Assembly: GCA_002794465.1 (NCBI GenBank)
Contig: MTSL01000220.1
Span: forward strand, 30,071 to 36,792
Source: Paramicrosporidium saccamoebae KSL3
Taxonomy: Eukaryota > Fungi > Cryptomycota
Direction: 5' to 3'
DNA: 6,722 nt
Shown here: positions 3,844 through 6,722 of the stretch, piece by piece
Layout: each line of letters opens with the position of its first letter
Numbering within the stretch: position 1 is the stretch's first letter
Position numbers and translations under genes: made by a program
Notes under the pieces: generated by a model
The model's database searches: none
What the model saw: only the letters and a program-made list of their open reading frames with translations
Told to the model about the DNA's origin: nothing

Positions 3844-6722
3844 ATGCTGGGCCGCAAAGTGGAACACTTCTTGTCGCTCTGCGAGTCTGCACTTTCGGAT
3901 ATTAATGTGAAAGTGCTAAACCCACAAGACACTAATTTGGCGTGTAGGATGTGTCTCCAGATGTCAAGATGGAGGAATTATGTGTGGCATTGTGGCAGCC
4001 TCTGGCGGTTCCGCTCACCTCGCTTGCAATCCTTTCCCGTGCCACTCCCTCCACTCTCACCGATCGACTCCTCGATTGGTCACTAATGCGCAGTGACGAT
4101 TATGCTCCCCGACGGAAATTTGGCACCTTTGGTCGTGACCGCGACCCGTTGACGTTTGCCGAGATGAAGAGGACTGCGGTGCAATGTATTTGTTTGGCGG
4201 CGTTGGCGGGGTGTCTGAATGTGTTTGGGAGAGTGGAGGGTGGGGAGAGGATGATCATGCGAGTTGCTTCATATGCAGGCGATGTTATTAGCGAGGTACA
4301 CGGTTCAAGTCTGAGGAGGGCAGCCTATGTGATGCCGTTAAAGGAGCTTTTTGCCCAAATTTCAAAGTGCTGTTTTGAAGTATTCCTGGAGTATGTAAAC
4401 ATGACCATTGCTGATGCTTCAAAGAGCTCGCGATTTGAGCTCTACATTCGATCCTTCTCAATAGTCCCCTTGGCTATTTACCCCAGCGAAGATCTGGAGC
4501 ATATGCTATGTTTTGTTGAAACTCTCGCCAGCTACTATGCCGATGTAAAGGGCTTTGAGAATCGTGAAGCATTTGCAGATGCTTTGGGCACGATGCTCCT
4601 CCCGTTGATCGAATCCGTATCTGCAGAAGTCAATGTTCCGAAATGGGAAAAAGTCTTTGCAAAAATACTACTGAAAAGAGTGTTTATGCTCTGCGAAAAG
4701 CAAAAATATCGACTTGTGACGTTGAATCTGGCCGTAGTTGTACTTTGCTTGTGCAACAAAGACATTTTCTATGAAAGATGGCTCGGTCTTTCAGAGGCCA
4801 TCGCCACGATGATCAAGGAAGGATCTTTGACCGCGTCACATTCGCTGTCAATACTGCAGCTAATCTGGGTCTACTGCAATCGATACCCAGAGGCATTTGC
4901 CACGCAGTCTAATAACATTGGCAAGATTATTGAAATCTTTGCTCCGTCCAACTCGAAGCGTACCGTGGCTTCCGGTGAGGGTCTCTTGTATCTGTTCATT
5001 GGCCTGGCTGCCATTCTTGGGCCTGCACAGCCACAAAGCTTTTTGCGGGACACATTGCTACCGCTATTTGAGGGTCTTGATGGATGTAATGTGGAGAATT
5101 TCCCCGTTGGGCGGGTGACGATTGGGATCAAGACTCTTTTGTTTTTTGGATCACTTCAACCCGGCAAGTCAGTGCTGCCAACTCGTGACCTACTGCAAAA
5201 GACTAGAAAGGAAAATGTTCAATCTCTCTGTTCCGCCTATACCGCTTTTAAGCCTGACTTTATTACCAAGGAGGCCCTCGAACGAGTCAGATTTGCCGTG
5301 GGAAAAGGGTTCTCAGTCCTCGACAGCCTCCTATGGGACAATAACCTCTATGATATTAAATCTACCCGATCTCATGTAGAATCTCCAGGTCAGTTGTGCC
5401 TCAAGCTGATAATTGAAACAAGTCCTTCTATCAACCCATCATTCCACAGCGAAAATCAAATTCTTGAGCTATTGCTAAAGTATTCGGCACACATGGACGA
5501 GTCTATTGCATCAAAAAGCATGCTTGCCTTTGACAAGCTACTGTCAAAGATTGCCTCGGATAATGAGGTGATTTTGAGAATGTACTGGCTGTTTGCGGCA
5601 CTATTTGACAAGATTCCAGATCGCTGTGCGCAAGCCTTGGAGAATGTTTCCAGGCTGTTTCCCAAAATGTCCAAATCAGTACTGAATTATGTTGAAGGCA
5701 ATGGGATATTACAAAAGGATGCCCTGCCGATCATTGCAGACATGTCAGTAAAAAGTCTAGTCTTGCTGATAAGCTCGAATGGATCGGCGAGGGAGAGGGG
5801 GAATGACGTTTTGCTTCAGATTGAAGAGTACGTGTCGAGAGAGCAGGGATCGCATGAGATTGTTGGCGAGTTGAGTGCCTTGGCCTCAGCATCACGGACA
5901 CATTTTCAGGGAGAATATTTGGTATCATTCGAGGTAGTCAGCAGATTTTTAAACGACGTACTCAAGTTTTGTCCTACCATTGCAGGCATTTCAAAGACCA
6001 CTCTGATGGCGCGACTCCAGGATATCCAGAGTCTACTCTCTGGAAAATCGCAATATGTCGAAGACGAGCTGGTTTTCCAATGGTCTTACTATCTCGCAGC
6101 GCTGTTCTGCTTCGGGGCCCCAGAGACTAATACGAATACTCTTAATAAGCGGATTGATGGGATCAGTCTCCGTCGCCTCTTGTCATTTTCCAAGGCCGAG
6201 TCCAACCTTAATTCGGTAAAGGGGTTCCTGCAATTCGCACTTCAAAACATTACCAACGATAACGATCTTGTGTGTGAGAGCCTCTGTGACGCTTCATTTG
6301 CTCTCAATCCTCTATTTCTAGGCGAATTTTTCCAGGTTCTTGAGCCATGCATTTCGGCTGTTTCTGAAGACTACCGCAATGTTCGGTATCAGGTGGTGAG
6401 GAAGAATAAGCGACAGGACACTCTCAAGATTGACCTCACTCGACTGATAAGTCGCGTTGTGCCAAAACTGGCACTAAATTCTAACGGATGCGACCCACAG
6501 GCTCCGTTCCATCAAATCATCAAACGATACATAATCGAAGTGTTTTATTTTGTCTCGGAGATTGACACTCAGCAACATTTGCCAGGTCTCCGGTATGGGC
6601 TTGCCGAACTTGTTCGTAATTACCACACCGTAGTCCATTCTCTGCATCCTCGTTACGAGTTTTTCCCGTTTAAGCTGCAGACAGAGCTCTTCCAAGTGTT
6701 TAGGGGCTGGTTTGAAGATCGT
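3844..6722 (+). CDS. TAO3: Tao3/Pag1/Mor2/Furry-family cell morphogenesis scaffold (RAM/MOR network), 3'-partial; minimal model join(3844..3912,3948..>6722); true start may lie upstream
   Basis: I translated the frame starting at 3948 by hand and it stays open to 6722 (925 codons). MOR2-PAG1 N-terminal motifs recognised: LTSLAILSRATPSTLTDRLLDW, LLPLIESVSAEVNVPKW, LNLAVVVLCLCNKDIFYERW, LQLIWVYCNRYPE. The rest is Leu-rich and helical (HEAT/ARM-like). The family call rests on motifs recalled from memory, not on a database search. Confidence 0.8.
3913..3947 (+). other. Tao3 5' intron (35 nt, phase 0; an alternative donor at 3907 would give 41 nt)
   Basis: Branch point CTAAT (3932..3936) and acceptor TGTAG. 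The TAG is an in-frame stop directly before the long exon. Both GTGAAA (3907) and GTGCTA (3913) are phase 0 relative to ATG 3844; 35 nt matches the TAF6 intron sizes. Confidence 0.7.
4047..4240. repeat. Inverted repeat inside the Tao3 CDS: 12-bp perfect core CCCTCCACTCTC / GAGAGTGGAGGG, extending imperfectly to 4019..4263
   Basis: 4047..4058 is the exact reverse complement of 4229..4240. The flanking blocks CTCGC (4019..4023) and ATCCT (4029..4033) also pair with 4259..4263 and 4248..4252. Confidence 0.7.

Noticed and set aside
3844-4086. 80-aa ORF treated as a complete small protein
   Set aside because: Its first ~23 codons are better explained as a Tao3 exon. The rest is intron read-through and an off-frame overlap with the main Tao3 exon.
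4423-4443. 7-bp hairpin AGAGCTC-N7-GAGCTCT
   Set aside because: It is short, built on a 6-bp palindrome and inside the CDS, so it is expected by chance.
4535-6695. ORFs 4535..4765(-), 4871..5131(-), 4897..5118(+), 5122..5379(+), 5456..5674(-), 5731..5928(-) and 6474..6695(-)
   Set aside because: All lie within the continuous Tao3 frame as antisense or off-frame shadows, with no motifs.
1-6722. Mobile elements, CRISPR arrays, tRNA/rRNA genes, tandem repeats, or a multi-gene functional cluster
   Set aside because: I saw no terminal repeats, transposase or RT motifs, spaced direct repeats or cloverleafs. The four genes have unrelated functions, and their proximity is explained by genome compaction.

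Overview
This is eukaryotic DNA from a very compact, gene-dense genome with four protein-coding loci and 32-35 nt GT-AG introns. It shows no prokaryotic, mobile-element, CRISPR or RNA-gene signal. (1) An intronless glycosyltransferase family 90 gene (CAP10/Rumi-POGLUT/KDELC-like) lies on the minus strand at 162..1445. (2) TAF6 (TFIID subunit 6) is head-to-head with it, with 52 bp between the start codons; the ORF track splits it into three pieces, and I rebuild it as join(1498..1527,1560..1742,1778..2326,2360..2836), 412 aa. (3) A 303-aa ORF at 2907..3818 has no family I recognise. (4) A Tao3/Pag1/Mor2/Furry-family HEAT scaffold gene is missing from the ORF track because its main exon (3948 to window end, 925 codons) has no stop inside the window. 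The architecture would fit a reduced early-branching fungus-related lineage (e.g. Rozellomycota/Paramicrosporidium-like), but that is inference only. The two most interesting spots are the ORF3/Tao3 junction, where Tao3-like sequence seems to span the ORF3 stop codon in two frames, and a roughly 245-nt potentially structured RNA segment inside the 5' part of the Tao3 CDS. I see no clear evidence of a novel multi-gene system.
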